A stretch of 64,000 nucleotides of DNA from Octopus sinensis. Its lineage: Eukaryota. The position numbers and the translations under genes were made by a program. Shown one piece after another: positions 14,312 through 26,639 of this stretch. The notes beneath the pieces are model-generated. The model saw only the letters and a program-made list of their open reading frames with translations, was not told where the DNA came from and ran no database searches. Position 1 is the stretch's first letter; each line of letters opens with the position of its first letter. The stretch spans positions 56,916,001 to 56,980,000 of the forward strand of contig NC_042998.1 in NCBI RefSeq assembly GCF_006345805.1. The letters run 5' to 3'.

Positions 14312-14374
14312 TTTGAGTACGTCAACGTTTCAAGATTAGCCAAATAAAATCAGCATTTCTTTCGTCAGCTCAAA
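14312..14374 (-). ncRNA. Type I hammerhead ribozyme (copy 1)
   Basis: UUUGAG-CUGACGA-AAGA..GCUG/UGGC..UCUU-GAAACG-UUGA-CGUA^CUCAAA: helix I 6 bp, intact core, helix II, helix III 3 bp plus tetraloop, GUA triplet. Confidence 0.85.
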
Positions 14375-14871
14375 ATTTCTTAATTTGGATTTGGAAACAC
14401 TAAAAAGAAGGAACTTTACCTATCCGCGAACTTGTCGCTTCAGATGAACCAGCTCCAACTGCCAGTGCCAACAAATTCAAAATGCGCAGGCGTAAATTTC
14501 TGCATTCCCCTTTCACCCACGTGGTCTATCTAGCAAACATTATATTTTAACCGCGAGAACCGAGGCAGTATGACAGAGAAAAATGAATTATAATATCAAC
14601 AATTGAGGGTAAAATTAATTAATCAATTTCACCAAGTGTTCAGTATGTAAAAGGACCATTTAAGGCGAATTCAAAATATTACATTATATAATTAGGGCTT
14701 AGTAAAATAAATTACTTTGCCACATACTGAACTTAGTTGAAATAGCAGCCAAAAAAAATTTTTTTAGCCATTTCTACTACTTAAAGAAAATTTCTCTCAG
14801 ATAATGCTTACTCCAGACAGCTCACGAAGGTTTGGAGGTAAATACAGAAAATATCACAAGTACATAGATCG

Positions 14872-14934
14872 TTTGAGTACGTCAACGTTTCAAGATTAGC
14901 CAAATAAAATCAGCATTTCTTTCGTCAGCTCAAA
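14872..14934 (-). ncRNA. Type I hammerhead ribozyme (copy 2)
   Basis: Identical 63-nt motif, 560 nt from copy 1. Confidence 0.85.
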
Positions 14935-15484
14935 ATTTCTTAATTTGGATTTGGAAACACTAAAAAGAAGGAACTTTACCTATCGGCGAACTTGTCGCTT
15001 CAGATGAACCAGCTCCAACTGCCAGTGCCAACAAATTCAAAATGCGCAGGCGTAAATTTCTGCACTCCCCTTCCACCCACGTGGTCTATCTAGCAAACAT
15101 TATATTTTAACCGCGAGAACCGAGGCAGTATGACGGAGAGAAATGAATTATAATATCAACAATTGAGGGTAAAATTAATTAATCACCAATTCGCCTTAAA
15201 TGGTCCTTTTACATACTGAACACTTGGTGAAATTGATTAATTAATTTTACCCTCAATTGTTGATATTATAATTCATTTCTCTCTGTCATACTGCCTCGGT
15301 TCTCGCGGTTAAAATATAATATTTGCTAGATAGACCACGTGGGTGGAAGGGGAGTGCAGAAATTTACGCCTGCGCATTTTGAATTTGTTGGCACTGGCAG
15401 TTGGAGCTGGTTCATCTGAAGCGACAAGTTCGCGGATAGGTAAAGTTCCTTCTTTTTAGTGTTTCCAAATCCAAATTAAGAAAT

Positions 15485-15547
15485 TTTGAGCTGACGAAAG
15501 AAATGCTGATTTTATTTGGCTAATCTTGAAACGTTGACGTACTCAAA
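15485..15547 (+). ncRNA. Type I hammerhead ribozyme (copy 3, in inverted arm)
   Basis: TTTGAG CTGACGA AAGAAATGCTGATTTTATTTGGCTAATCTT GAAACG TTGA CGTA CTCAAA read directly on the + strand. Confidence 0.85.
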
Positions 15548-15746
15548 CGATCTATGTACTTGTGATATTTTTCTGTATTTACCTCCAAACCTTCGTGAGC
15601 TGTCTGGAGTAAGCATTATCTGAGAGAAATTTTCTTTAAGTAGTAGAAATGGCTAAAAAAATTTTTTTTTGGCTGCTATTTCTACTAAGTTCAGTATGTG
15701 GCAAAGTAATTTATTTTACTAAGCCCTAATTATTAATATATATATT

Positions 15747-15790
<44 letters not shown>

Positions 15791-15997
15791 ATAATATATA
15801 TTATATATAAATAATATTGATTGCTTTTATATGACGTTATACATGAAAACAATTTAACTCTGAACGGTGACTCAATACTTTTTAGTGGAGTACATATTTT
15901 ATATTAATTTTTAGCGGGAGAAGCATGAGAATAACATTGAAATTTCGGCTTACCAGCACTGTCGACCACTTTCATGTAAAAATTCACACACACACAC

Positions 15998-16040
<43 letters not shown>

Positions 16041-16172
16041 AACGACTTAACTTTCGTGTTATAACAGTACGGTGGGTTAAAATCGTTTACTTGACAAAAT
16101 GATTCGATGGTTAACATCTGACCTACATCAACATTCATATTTTTTCTGCAAGTAAACAAAGCTACATTGTGG

Positions 16173-16211
<39 letters not shown>

Positions 16212-16568
16212 CACACACACACACACACACACACGTATATATAAACGTTTTATGTGCTTCTTCCTCCCCCTTCTCTCCCCCTCTCTTTTTTCTCTATCTT
16301 ACACACGCACACACACACACACACATACACATAATCTCTTTACTCTTGTTTTACTTTTATTTGTTATAAAAATATCTGCAATCAATTTATCTTGTAACAT
16401 CTATTCACCACATGTCGATAGGATGGCGCCGAGTAACATTAACAACGTTGGTGTTCATTGAGAACAGCTGATGTTAATAAACACTAGAATTATTAAGCCG
16501 TAAAAGTACGCGGGTTCAGAGGTGTGATAAGCTGTAGCAAACGGTTGTAAAATATCTGAGTCTCTTAC

Positions 16569-17658
16569 CTTTATAACACAACTTCAGTTCTTTCTCCCTC
16601 CTGCTGATTTCGGAAATGAGGCGTACAAAATCCACATCTAACTGGCGATACTGATTTCGAGCATCAGCTAATAACTGTGAAGTTTCGTTCAGTTTATATT
16701 GAGCTGTATACATTTCTTCTTTCAGAATATTCTCTGATCGAATAAGTGTCAACAGTTTCTCATCTGTCTCTTTATTCTTTTTTTCTAATGCATCTGCTCG
16801 TTTTTCCGCTCGATCTAGTCTTTCGCTCCTGTCTTTCAGTTGGTTTTGTAAAATATACTTATCATCTTGCAACCTACTTAGAGCTTCTTCGTTTTGCAAT
16901 AGTTGATCTCTGGTCAACAGGAGGTTATTTTGTGTATCAGCTAATTTTTGGCGTGTCTCGTTCAACTTGTAGTTCATCACACGCAATGACTGCGATTTGT
17001 CTCGATTGAGTTTCCGTATCGCTGCAAACTGATCGTGAAGTCTTTTAATTAAATTGCCTTCAGTAGTATCAAATGGGATACCATTTTCACCGTAACCACC
17101 TGATTCAGAAGAGCCTTGTTTTATCTTCGATTTTATATTCGTCGCCACTTTCAACACATCAGGTTCTCCGCCTCTAGACAGAGACTTCCTTATATAGTTT
17201 TCTAGCTCTCTGATACGACTTTCATGATCGTCTTTAATGACATCGAAATCCTTCACAATGTGTGTCATTTTTTCTGCGTAATCGTTCTGACTTTCTTCTG
17301 TGCCGCTGAATTGCCTGAAATTTGCCGGTGGGTAGCGTTTACATTGATCTCCACCTCCACTAGACCCATCTGTTATCGATTGTGGTGGAGCCAGGCGTAT
17401 GTTATAAGTACATTTCCCATCCATAAAAGAACATTCAGTTCCTGAAGTGTATTTTAATAGACAGAAGAAAACCAGCAGATTCAAAAGAAATGAATTGCGA
17501 GATATTCGAATGGAACGAAACGTTTTCGCTCTTCGAGATATTTCCTCCGAGAAGCATGTTTTCACCCTGTTGCATACTAGTGACGAATAATGACTGGTAT
17601 TTTTACTGGTTGAAATACTCCGTGTATTTAAATCACGGAAACATTGTTCCGAATTCAT
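16569..17658 (-). CDS. First coding exon of a secreted/anchored coiled-coil protein, angiopoietin-like/fibrinogen-related or myocilin/olfactomedin-type N-terminus
   Basis: 363 non-repetitive codons. Hydrophobic FLLNLLVFFCLLKYTSG segment, C-x6-C-x-Y motif (ECSFMDGKCTYNIRLAPP..C), ~170-aa heptad region with two NET sequons. Phase-1 donor AAAG|GTAAGA at 16569/16568. No C-terminal domain exon was found in the window. Confidence 0.8.
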
Positions 17659-18401
17659 AGTGAATTTATTATGACTAAACTATAATTGCATATAACAGAC
17701 TCAATTGTCCAAAATCTCATGACCGAGATCCTACGGCAAAAATTTTGATGATTATTTCTTAAAATTGATTTTTGATTTAATTATTTACAAAGAAATGTAT
17801 CTGCCGCTTCAGAACTGTTGCTAGCCCTGTAGCTGGCTAGTACACATATAAGAATGTGTAAATGCGAATTTTTCAAGACCAGATAAATATGTAGTAGATT
17901 GATGTCGTTGTAGGAATGAAAGATGCTTAGTGAGAGTTCTTCTTACTCCTACTCCCTTGACTCAAGAGAAGACATTGTTAACACAGTTCAACTTCTGGTT
18001 TTGGCAGCTGCTAAATTCCAAAGACTTGTACCTAGAAACACAAATACATAAAATATTAAAATAAGGATAAGTATTATTGAAATACATATGGAGTTTTAAA
18101 ATTACATGTACAAACTTTAGAAATACATATATATATATAAATTTGATTGCGCAGACGTTCTAGAACAGAGGATAATATTTGTTTGTATATGTACAAAGCA
18201 CATACAAATGTTCATGTACACGACTGTCTATTTCTATAAGCCTGAGGTGAATATGCTTCGCTGAAAAGATCTAACAAGATTGAAACTTGGCCATTGCTTC
18301 CACCTGTTGGTCACAAATTCAAGATCCACACCTTACTACAACGTCAATATTTTCCAGAATCTTCATTGGCTGATTTTGGTTGAGTTGCCTCCCATGCAGG
18401 C

Positions 18402-18432
<31 letters not shown>

Positions 18433-18882
18433 GTTATTTAGATTTTGAATACCTCTGAACGGAATATTTGTCGTCAAATTGCAAAATAACTTAAGTGAGC
18501 AGATTATGAAACAACTAAGCAGAAGCAGGAAAAGTAGGTTATAGAAAAGAGTAAATATTGAACTACAATTTAATATACACAAAATTCGAAACAACAGAAC
18601 GGTTCATAGATAAATAGCAGCGAAATCAGCCAGTAATAATGTAGTACAAATAACAAATTTAAAAAAGGATATGACGACGGTATGCCCCAAGACTACAAAA
18701 TAACATTATATATGAACCAATAATATTAATAATGATAAACGCAGATCACTTGCAATGTATATACAATGAATAGAAATGTTTTAGGAAAGAAAGTTCTCAC
18801 CTGAAGATTACAGTTGCATGAAACGCAAATTGCGAAAACAAGAACCTCAGAATGTGAGGATGTGTATGTGTATGTACGCATG

Positions 18883-18950
18883 TATGTATGTATGTATGTA
18901 TGTATGTATGTATGTATGTATGTATGTATGTATGTATGTATGTATGTATG
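18883..18950. repeat. (TATG)n microsatellite
   Basis: Direct inspection; similar tracts near 43420-43500, 46320-46370, 48220-48280, 49225-49295 and 63090-63140. Confidence 0.95.
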
Positions 18951-20849
18951 TGTGTGTGTATGTATGCATGTATATATATATATATATATACACATATATG
19001 TGCACACACATATACATATATCCGCTCCATCCATTCACACATGCCAACACACACACGCACACACAAAACCACACCTACCCATTCACACACCTTTCAGATT
19101 GCTTCAGACCGCCTCTGACTCACCCTTCCATTTACGCACACACACACATACACACATGCTACCGCACATAAACACACACACACGCACATACCGACCATCT
19201 TCACACTCTCCTTCCCCAGAAAGCACTTTCCCTTTATTCCTTCTACTTCCGGTCACTTCAGAAAAAGACTACACAAAAAGAACTAAGACTTGTGTTTAAG
19301 GTGAGAAATATGGATGCTATTTAATAGGGTTAGGCGGCAAAGTATGCATATCAAGTAGTGAAAAATGTTTGTTGATATATTTTAATTTGAGTCATATCGG
19401 GCGTTTCACAAACGACGTCAATAAATCAAGCACAAATTTAATCTCATTTCATAGACCTGCTGGGCTATTTGTCGGCGAGCTATAATGCATGTCTGTGTGC
19501 TATATATCTCATTTTACAACAGCATATACAATATTAGCTAAAATATACTAGCAAGGTATTAAGTGTTTTATATAACAATTGTATCCTCAAGATATAGTGC
19601 AGAAGAAACCTGTGGTGAAAAGGTCGACAAGAATAGAAAATATTGCTTTGATAGTGTTTGATGTACTACCTTTTATTTATCTTCAAAATTATGTGATTAT
19701 TTTGAGGTACATTCCATTCTAATTTCTGTGAAAAGGGCGAGTCTCTTTGATTAGAAGTGTTGGCTTTAGAAAAACATTCGATGATTATCATGGATAGTCA
19801 GAAAACTGTACAAAATTATGAAATGTGCATATGTATCATTGTATGCAAGTTGACTGCTATCTCATGCAATATAACATGGAGGAATTGAAAAATTTGAAAT
19901 GATCACTAACTTTAAAATGGTGCTAATCAAGTCGGTCAGACAGTCAAACATCTTTGAAAGCTTACACTTTGAAGCTAACTTTTAAGTCGATGGCTCAAAG
20001 TTTCGTTTTCGTAGTAATCGCTTTGAAATGACAATTTGTAAACATTTACGGGAATATGTGATATCATGGTGAATTATTCCGCTTGTCATAATTTCTGAAA
20101 ACCAAGAAGCATTACATTAGAAAGTAAGCATATTTTCGATGGCATTATATTATTTAAGAAGGGCTGAAGGCTTATAATGTTACTGAAGATAACTGTCATT
20201 CATGATAGGTCCATCACAAACTCATTTCGAAAAGTATTTCACAGTTGACTGAAATAGCGCTAGACGTCACCACACTCAAGATGGAAACTGCATCCAAAAG
20301 GCTGAGATGAAATGAGAAACATTATTTGACTGCTTATAGTTATCTGGCCAATTTGAAACACTTTTGATCTAAGTTATTTTTGGTTTGGAAATTTAGATTT
20401 GTCTACTCTTAATTTTCGAAACAGGAATGTCTGGAGAAGGGTGTTAGTCAATTAAATCAACCCCAATACTTGACTGGTACTTTATTTTATCGATCAGGTA
20501 ACTGCAAGAGTTCAAATGATGAGCCGGGGTACACTGCCACTCAGCCCTTTCGTCATTTCTTGTTCTATGTTCTGGTACACCGAAAATTACTCACTAGCGT
20601 TTTATTGATAGGGTGAATTAGGAATATCCCAGCATGTTCGGGTTCTTTTTCTTTTGTGTATTCATAAACAGAAAGTTATTGAAGCGGTGAGCACTCTATC
20701 GTCTGTATGTCTAAAGGTGTCTTTCGAAAAGATTTTATTTTCAAATTCGCAAGATACTTTGGTATATATATCTTCATTTTCCTATCTCACTACAAGATTT
20801 TTCTGTGACAGTTCAGTCTTCTCATAATTTTACAATACCTTTCCTTGGA

Positions 20850-21520
20850 GTCCACTTTTCGTTTATAAAGTTGTTTATAGTTTGTTACCTCTTATAGTTT
20901 CAGTGATAAGTTGTTCTGCTTGATCTCCCTGCATCTTCTGCCCATCACAAGCCGATGTGGTCGTACTGCTGGTTGCTATTGTCGGGAGACTGGGCACCTG
21001 CTTATTTGTTTTTAGGATCGGAGACAAGATGACTTCCATCGCTATTGCTGGTACTGTGACTAATGGTACTCTGGAAAATAGGTCCTGCTGATCTTGCTGC
21101 CTCAACTTTTCTCCATTGCTTCCCTAACTTTTCCAGTTTTCCAAGGAAAATGGCCCTCAATTGAATTTTATATTTTCACATATATATCAACTATGCATTT
21201 TGACGAGTACCACCAGTCTTCAACTCTTTGTCTTAGTGCCATTCACTGGACGGAGTTCCGTTATAGCTTTGTGGCTTTTGGAGTGTAGGAGGGGCCATTA
21301 AAACTTGCAAATCCATCTTGATCCTTCCAGACCACATATCGCTTCTAGTCACTCATGCATTAAGCACCCTCCCAAAATGCGATACAAAGGTGACGGCTAA
21401 CTACGAATACACATCTTTTTCATATATTCTTAATCGTTACTTATGTATTTCCTTGCCATATGTACCGAAGCATAAATTTGTGGACAGAAGTATATTCAGT
21501 TTTTCTCAGTCTCTGTTTTG
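20850..21520 (-). pseudogene. Possible heavily decayed piggyBac-type transposase C-terminal region
   Basis: Interrupted minus-strand peptides in the expected order: VTFVSHFG, WSGRIK..QSYNG, DWWYSSKCIVDI, YDHIG, GRRCR. Multiple stops and shifts. Confidence 0.3.
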
Positions 21521-23589
21521 GTCAAGTCTTCGGCCTTGAAAGTACAACCGACAATAACATAAGACCTACTCCTCTCAGTAGAGACAACTCCGTGTATAGC
21601 TTCTTTTAGGTGCTATTTCCAAGGAAGGTGGAAATCCCTACCATGTCCTTTTAAAGAAAAATATATTATTTTTCTCTTTGTTGTCTGATGGATAAGGTCC
21701 TGGAGCAAAAAACACATTCTGGTTTTACAAAATCCAACCAGCTAAATATTTTCCAGGAACTTTTTCCATATTCTCCTTCTGTGTAATAATTCAGATGAAA
21801 CTAGTCCATTTTACATTGCTACTAATTCCATTGTACAACATATTTGTCTTTGTGTAAATGTGGTGCAATTGCTGTTGTATCCATTATCGTTAAACGTATT
21901 TGTTACACTGTTCGAAACAATTTCTTATTCTTATTAAATATTCATTTAAATGTTAATTTTTTTTGTTGTAAGCATTCATACAGTGGCATAATGTTGTGCT
22001 ATTTTAAAAATTAGTTTTGCGTATTTTATATCATTTTCGTTTGTTTTATTGAGGGGCGTGGAATGCCGTTAAAATGAGAAAGGAAACAACGCACCCCATC
22101 TTTTTTTTGTCTTTCTCTAGGTAGATCTAGAGGCAACTAAAATCCTTGGCAAGTACTCTAAAGAGAGAACTTTTGTTTGGTAATGCTTAAACAAAAGCTA
22201 GTCATGAAAAAAAAAGTTTGAACATTACGATAATTTTAATAACATCAATAACAACAACTGCAACATCAATAATAATAACAATAATTATAATAGTTTCTAC
22301 TTTAGGTTGGTCAACAATTTTGAGGCGAGAGAATTAGTCGAAACCGTCGACACCAGTACTTGACTGGTGCCTTATTTTGATGATAATGATGATGATGATG
22401 ATGATGATGATGATAATAATAATAATATTAGTGCTCGACTATGAATATAACACACTGGATTAAGCTTGAGATATGAAAGAACCTAGAAAATAAAAGATCG
22501 TAACCATAATGTTACAGCCTTTGTTATTTATTTTAGCACCATTGCAATATTTGATAGACTGGATGCACCTTTAGTACAATCACCACCACCACCACCACCA
22601 CACCACCACCAACATCCTCCACAACATCAAGAAATATAACAATTATATTAGTACAAGCGAATTAATGTGGGTGTCACTACGTGATCACATCACCGGCTAG
22701 AAATAGCAGCCAAATTACATCCCACCGTCTTTAAACAACCGGAACAGATGTGTGTTAGATAATGAGATTTGATATGTCTTACAAAAAACCCCCCAAAAAC
22801 CCCATAAAATGACTTGAATATTTATGATTATAGGTTGGTTCGATCAGGGTTGAATGTCATAAGGTTAAACAACAGCAACAACAATGACTGCTACGTTGGC
22901 TAGAAATAGCAGCCAAATCTGTCCCAAATCACACCTTACTGATTTTATAAAAAGAGAAGGACATATTAGAAATAGGACTCTGGGTGGAAGACTCATTGAA
23001 GAGGTCGTAGATGTGTGACGAAAGATTTCCAGACAATGGAAATAGGATAAAACAAGAACAATAATAAACGAGTGAAGAACGAATATTTAGTGCGTGTATG
23101 TATTTGGTAAGAAAAAAAATGACCATCCCTAAATATAATAATATCTGTTTCAATATACGATTTCACATTAGAAATCTTGGAAAACAACTTCATAAGCGTA
23201 ACGATGTATCAGGTGTTGATCTTTAGAACATACCAGCTTTAGTGCTTACAATTATGAGTCTGTTCTATCAGCGTTAAACAGCTGCAACAACAGCAATGGC
23301 GGCAGTGAGTGAGATTGTATGTATGTGGTCATTCGATAAACTATTCATAGCTGCCATATTTCCCTCAATTAGCAGTCTTTTTGTCTTAAAAATAGTGAAG
23401 GATACAACATTGCATAATGTGATCAGAGATGCAGAGAGCGTAGGGAAACACACACACAGACACACAGACACACACACACAGACACACACACACACACACA
23501 ACACACACACACACAAATGAGGGAGAAAAAAATGGAATGGTTTACGGCAAGAAGGGTTTTGGAAATAGGTCTTCCGAATCAGAGCTAGT

Positions 23590-23712
23590 CATCACCATCA
23601 TCATCATCATCATCATCATTATCGACCTCATTCCGTCGCCGCCACCGCCACCACCGCCACCACCACCACCACCACCACCACCACCACCACCACCACCACC
23701 ACTACTACTACT
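23590..23712. repeat. Compound trinucleotide repeat (CAT)n-(CCG/CCA)n-(CTA)n
   Basis: Direct inspection. Confidence 0.9.
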
Positions 23713-24008
23713 TTCGGATTGAGGACTGATCCCAGAACTATGCGATTGGGAAGCAAACTTTTTACAACACCACCACATGTATATAAAGCCGGCTTCTTAA
23801 AAATACAGCTATACCTGCGCATGAAAGCAAAGAATAATAAAAGAGGACGGGCGTGTCTAGAAGACCTTTGAGCATGGATTTACTGGATTAACGATGACCT
23901 GGAACCAAACAAGAGCAACAACTACACATGACCTACATCACAATGTAATGCCCTACACAAAATAAGGGCAGACTACACATCACTTCATTACAAAATGCAC
24001 TACGATAT

Positions 24009-24425
24009 CTTATTTCTTTATTGCCCACAAGGGGCTAAACATAGAGGGGACAAACAAGGACAGACAAAAGGATTAAGTCGATTATATCGACTCCAGTGCG
24101 TAACTGGTACTTAATTTATCGACTCCGAAAGGATGAAAGGCAAAGTCGATCTCGGCGGAATTTGAACTCAGAACGTAACGGCAGACGAAATACATATTTC
24201 TCAACTACCCACAAGGGGCTAAACACAGAGAAGACAAACAAGGACAGATAAACGGATTAAGTCGATTACATCGTACCCAGTGCGTAACTGGTACTTAATT
24301 TATCGACCCCGAAAGGATGAAAGGCAAAGTCAGCCTCGGCGAAATTTGAACTAAGAACATAACGGCAGACGAAATACGGCTACGCATTTCGCCCGGCGTG
24401 CTAACGTTTTTGCCAGCTCGCTGCC
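24009..24425 (-). mobile_element. SINE family B dimer
   Basis: Reverse complement of GGCAGCGAGCTGGCA..TGAGTTCAAATT..AGCCCCTTGTGGG, with body and tail present twice. Confidence 0.85.
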
Positions 24426-24839
24426 TACGATATCTGAATGTTGCCAGGGAGTATATTATCGTTTCTGTGAAAAATTTAGCAAAACTTATTAACGCTACAG
24501 CAAAAACGGCAATCCTTTGATCAGCAAGCAGTCCCTAATATGATAACATTGCCAACAGCAACAATAACATTATCAAGAAAGCTAAAGCCAATACACACAC
24601 ACAAATACACACACACACACACATTTACACAAACGTACATCCACACATACACACACACATATAAATATATACATATGTATACACTCACACACAAATTAAT
24701 ATTTAGCAGAAGCAACTGAGTGACTCAAGGGCCGAGAGTTTTGCGTGTTAGAATATCAAACAGTCTCCTGTTTGCATTACCAAACACACACATACACACA
24801 CATAAACTTTTGTCACGTCATTACAACATGGAATGGAAT

Positions 24840-25220
24840 GGAAGCACTCCGTCGGTTACGACGACGAGGGTCCCGGTTGATCCGATCAACGGAACAGCCT
24901 GCTCGTGAAATTAACGTGTAAGTGGCTGAGCACTCCACAGACACGTGTACCCTTAACGTAGTTCTCGGGGATATTCAGCGTGACACAGAGAGTGACAATG
25001 CTGGCCCTTTGAAATACAGGTACAACAGAAACAGGAAGTAAGAGTGAGAGAAAGTTGTGGTGAAAGAGTACAGCAGGGATCACCACCATCCCTGCCGGAG
25101 CCTCGTGGAGCTTTAGGTGTTTCCGCTCAATAAACACTCACAACGCCCGGTCTGGGAATCGAAACCGCGAACCTACGACTGCGAGTCCGCTGCCCTAACC
25201 ACTGGGCCATTGCGCCTCCA
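24840..25220 (-). mobile_element. tRNA-derived SINE family C, full length
   Basis: Minus strand starts TGGAGGCGCAATGGCCCAGTGGTTAGGGCAGCGGACTCGCAGTC..GGTTTCGATTCCCAGACC (A and B boxes), followed by a ~300-bp non-tRNA body. Confidence 0.85.
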
Positions 25221-26099
25221 CATTACAACATAAGACTATTAAATTTATATCATCAAACCATTGAAGACTTTATACATCTTCAAACCACGAAACACAAATC
25301 ATTATTCCTTTAAACTACCAAATCATCAAACCTTTAAACCCGTAAATCTTTAATCTCATTTTAGAAAAAGAAAGCAAACAAGAAATACGACGATCAACAG
25401 AGTTGAATTGTAGTGAATGAGATGTGATTTTCTTCATTCCCCACTATCGAAGACAAAGTGTCACAGAACACACATGTATTGTTTTCCGTTGAATAGGTTA
25501 ATAAGAAGGAACAATCGCGTTAGCAGAACAATAGTTGTGATGTACTTCAAGAAATGTCTGGTCGATGTTCGTAAATAGATGCGGCCTTGGTGACAGGCTT
25601 TCAGAATGTTAAATATAGGGCGTGTGCTTGTGTCTAGCCGAAACGCAACAAGTAGTTCAAATTGAGTATCATTCGCCTGACTGATCTCGACAGGCTGGGA
25701 ACAGCCTTCAAAAGGCCGTAGGCGTTTCCTTCCTCCTACGAATACTAAGCAACATCAATAACAACGAAAGCAGCAGCAGCAGCGGTTTCTAATTTAAGTA
25801 CATAGCCAACAATTTCTTGAGGAAGGGAAAGTCAGTCGATGCCATGATCCCAATACTTGACTGCTAGTTTATTTTACAGACCCTTGCATGATGAAAGGCA
25901 AAGGTGACCTCGGCGAAATTTGAACTCAGAATGTAAAGAGCTGCAAGAAATCCTACAAAGCAATGTTTTTCATCGATCTAAAGGTTTATCTTATTTGCCT
26001 CTCTTAATAATTTATGCATAAGATAATTTAGGCACAAGGCCAACAATTCTGAGCGCAGATAGGCAAGTCGACACTAACGACTCAATGTCAATTTCTAAT

Positions 26100-26540
26100 T
26101 TTGGCACAATGCCAGCAATTTTGGGAGCAAAATATCGTTAAGCATTTCGCCCGCTGGCATGCTAACGATTCTTTTTGGGGAGGGAGCCAGTCGATTAGAT
26201 GGACTCCAGTATGCAACTGGTACTTAATTTACCGACCCCGAAAGGATGGAAAGCAAAGTCGACCTCGGCGGAATTTGAATTCAGAACGTAAAGACAGACG
26301 AAATACCTATTTCTTTATTACCCACAAGGGGTTAAACATAGAGGGGACAAACAAGGACAGACAAAGGTATTAAGTCGACTACATCGACCCCAGTGCGTAA
26401 CTGGTACTTTATTTATCGACCCCGAAAGGATGAAAGGCAAAGTCGACCTCGGCGGAGTTTGAACTCAGAACGTAACGGCAGACGAAATACCGCTAAGCAT
26501 TTTGCCTGGCGTGCTAACGATTCTGCCAACTCGCTGCCTT
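26100..26540 (-). mobile_element. SINE family B multimer
   Basis: Same motifs as 24009-24425. Confidence 0.8.
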
Positions 26541-26565
26541 AATTATAGGAACAATAATAATAATA

Positions 26566-26612
<47 letters not shown>

Positions 26613-26639
26613 AATAATAATAATAATAAGAAGAAGAAT

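Larger units (their letters stand above)
14031..15733. repeat. ~560-bp unit in direct-direct-inverted arrangement (Penelope-type terminal repeat or retrozyme-like), flanked by (TA)n
   Basis: ATCAACAATTGAGGGT starts at 14031, 14595 and 15155. Strand switches at ~15186-15188; 15188-15733 is the reverse complement of the unit. Copies are roughly 98% identical by eye. Confidence 0.9.

Noticed and set aside
17659-17900. Promoter or 5' exon boundary for the coiled-coil gene
   Set aside because: Possible acceptors near 17830-17840 exist, but no diagnostic core promoter motif can be distinguished from AT-rich background
23537-23822. Poly-Pro/poly-Gly/poly-Val ORFs
   Set aside because: They arise from the (CCA)n/(CAT)n trinucleotide tract
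24840-25220. tRNA gene at the head of the element (and similar heads in SINE families A and B)
   Set aside because: The head continues into a repeat body found in multiple copies and the acceptor stem is incomplete; classed as SINE
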